Assembly: GCA_040285825.1 (NCBI GenBank)
Contig: JAUPSS010000001.1
Location: 2,914,001 to 2,978,000 of the forward strand
DNA length: 64,000 bases
Source: Eukaryota sp. TZLM1-RC
Lineage: Eukaryota > Protista > Metamonada: BaSk clade
Reading direction: 5' to 3'
Position 1 is the first letter of the stretch. Every line of letters begins with the position of its first letter. Below the pieces are notes generated by a model that was not told the DNA's origin, ran no database searches, and worked only from the letters and a program-made list of their open reading frames with translations. This document shows positions 63,001 to 64,000 of the stretch, one piece after another. The translations under genes were made by a program, and so were the position numbers.

Positions 63001-63055
63001 CTCCTGTCCTTCTAACATATGTATCTTGGGCCGTTAACTCATCGCTTGAACTCAT
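60044..63055 (-). CDS. Largely disordered acidic protein with two UBA domains (1003 aa)
   Basis: LREMGFEPSLALEALRSCANNLDLAV and LMSMGFIENDIEIALRRTNNNLERAL. Confidence 0.8.
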   Translation of the reverse strand: MSSSDELTAQDTYVRRTGATPVSIADTRYTSQDKAINFNHQPGSSQNSNHVTDQLLVLESDSDNETMSNPYHLAQQHPCNQIEDSVQEQKANNPNEVRIHNHPISIDSVSHTISRNHFPDDSITSMSLEPHHNLCKCQNFLEPSPEIVASLVYWLLSGRPAILDDYCLAKELSFPPTMMALKRLSVAINNPPNTKSVVVPEVNQSEGSYSQSVIHLICYLVMSHLHNTSVQKTTVTSDSDDSTDDDHYNMQEKMQEEKGEIQDDDVEQSNSVPRFPSPHVQHSPQSESNEPVSHGSRAKSSMSIDEDEYDCSISDVMLTSIDSLQQPTSSPLLCNVPRLALDNVNRQRFLPSDDSSADDDHEDNYASKAVVYNEQHIRDEEVSRNEEGQNEHSVGQTYEDSYVLPSQVSPCSQSNRAESQEEDQVDDSFIVEDGISNLSLNRSQEEEVSCDSRSFHNPLPDPELPTSSQSYRGDDDFNHHEEESVDQHRQTHPSPPLTHAQLLALRRERLEGGKETEESSSPRVNKTIVQETDAVVELFDDEEHELPKLQSNNSSEAQLESPLKGDDVLGGLENDEDSEPVQNPLNSDYLNSSRDIVKSDEDEVEGAHYVEQQQEESEVSDRVGVAENGFNHLRTGNFPTAADYAQNIMILREMGFEPSLALEALRSCANNLDLAVAYIVGEFGAVEQSAPSPPLNPFDQSGSVQGDRFMVSDSSSDHNVFNNHEDTRFGHSSFNFGSSTDSVPSSNVQSVPAWKQPEPIHHESAINSDVRQHSDIPPRVPSPHDVLRGSRYEISERQLREGIEGRYPRSTAVNPIPTTFEERLAQMRNSRISNRNRDSNVDSHRNRNHDQLFSEQRPSQPAREASSSSRRPRRMGSYNRTPSDFHRAATRDHFASSPDRSSASHNADFRSVPDSQSIASRTRSNVFSNQSRLGVHERLYRSHTQASRPLQQNRGPFVPNEAHFTKLMSMGFIENDIEIALRRTNNNLERALELLLAGFSLNV

Positions 63056-63495
63056 GATTCAAGAAGTGAAAAATTTAATCTTGTTACAAAAAGGGTTTGT
63101 TTCTCATCATCATCCACCATTTATCACGAGACTACACCGAAAGTACCATTGTCATTGTTGTGGTGAGAATCCTTTTGTTGAATCAACTTATTAGTTAATG
63201 AAAATGTATTTTGTTCATTGGTTTTATATATACATACAGTTGAACATTGTGTTGACCAAACTGCCACAATGGGTAGAAATTCAGATAATTTCTGCTGTTT
63301 AAATGTTATCAATGTTAATTCAATAAACACAGGAGTCATACACCCTCTTGCTCTGGCATTGATGTAAAGAAACAACGATGACAAAATAGTGCAGTTTCTT
63401 CTATTTAATGTGATTTAGATTGGATAGGAAACATTTTGACAATGCTAATTTGTTTTGAGTTTTGAAATTTAATTGTCAATTTGTGGTATTTACCA

Positions 63496-64000
63496 ATGTC
63501 GCTGAATGAACTCCCATTGAAGCATCGCAACTCTTACAACTCTCTCATCAAGCATTTTGAGTCAAAAAACTACAAAAAGGCTCTAAAACTTGCCGATCAG
63601 ATCTTGGCAGCACATCCCCGTAATGGCGATACGATTGCTTTCAAAGCACTGGTCATGTCTACCCAAAACCCCAAAAAACTACCAGAAGCCTTTCCACTTG
63701 CTAGAGAAGCCATCAAATGTAACATAAAAGGTCACATCCCGTGGCATGTCCTTGGTCTCCTACACAAAGCCAAGGGAGAGTATCCACTAGCCTTAAAAGC
63801 CTTTAAGACTGCACTGAAGCACGATCCAAGCAACCCCCAAATACTCAAAGACACTGGCCTTCTTCAAACTCACCTTCGGGACTACACCGGGTTGGTAGAG
63901 ACCCGTAGAACCACACTTACGGAGAACCCAAGACCAGCCAACAATTGGTACCAGTTCGCAGTTGCTCACCATATGAACGGCAATTTTGAAGGCACTGTGG
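63496..64000 (+). CDS. NAA15: NatA auxiliary subunit (TPR), partial at window end
   Basis: Own translation: MSLNELP..FESKNYKKALKLADQIL..NGDTIAFKAL..WHVLGLL..NPQILKD..LQTHLRDY..NW. Confidence 0.9.
   Translation, partial: MSLNELPLKHRNSYNSLIKHFESKNYKKALKLADQILAAHPRNGDTIAFKALVMSTQNPKKLPEAFPLAREAIKCNIKGHIPWHVLGLLHKAKGEYPLALKAFKTALKHDPSNPQILKDTGLLQTHLRDYTGLVETRRTTLTENPRPANNWYQFAVAHHMNGNFEGTV

Overview
AT-rich eukaryotic (protist-like, nearly intron-free) window. Host genes: two alpha-tubulins encoding identical proteins, three multi-UBA genes (one BTB-fused, two sharing a duplicated 3' half), two PABP-like genes (one frameshifted), DNA polymerase zeta REV3, tRNA-Phe(GAA), AP-3 delta (27-nt intron), a small Cys/Pro/Gln-rich ORF and the start of NAA15. 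These sit as islands in retroelement-derived DNA: several families of CRE-like non-LTR elements (RT + restriction-like endonuclease, RLE), often nested with visible target-site duplications (TSDs), and one complete 7.3-kb Ty3/gypsy element. The gypsy element is the most unusual object: gag and pol are joined by an overlapping TAATG stop-start, about 580 unexplained codons lie between RNase H and integrase, and no canonical PBS is visible. A 1.36-kb tandem array looks like the product of recombination between two RLE stubs. Family letters A-E are my own by-eye labels; all calls come from motif reading, no searches were run, and boundaries of degraded fragments are approximate.
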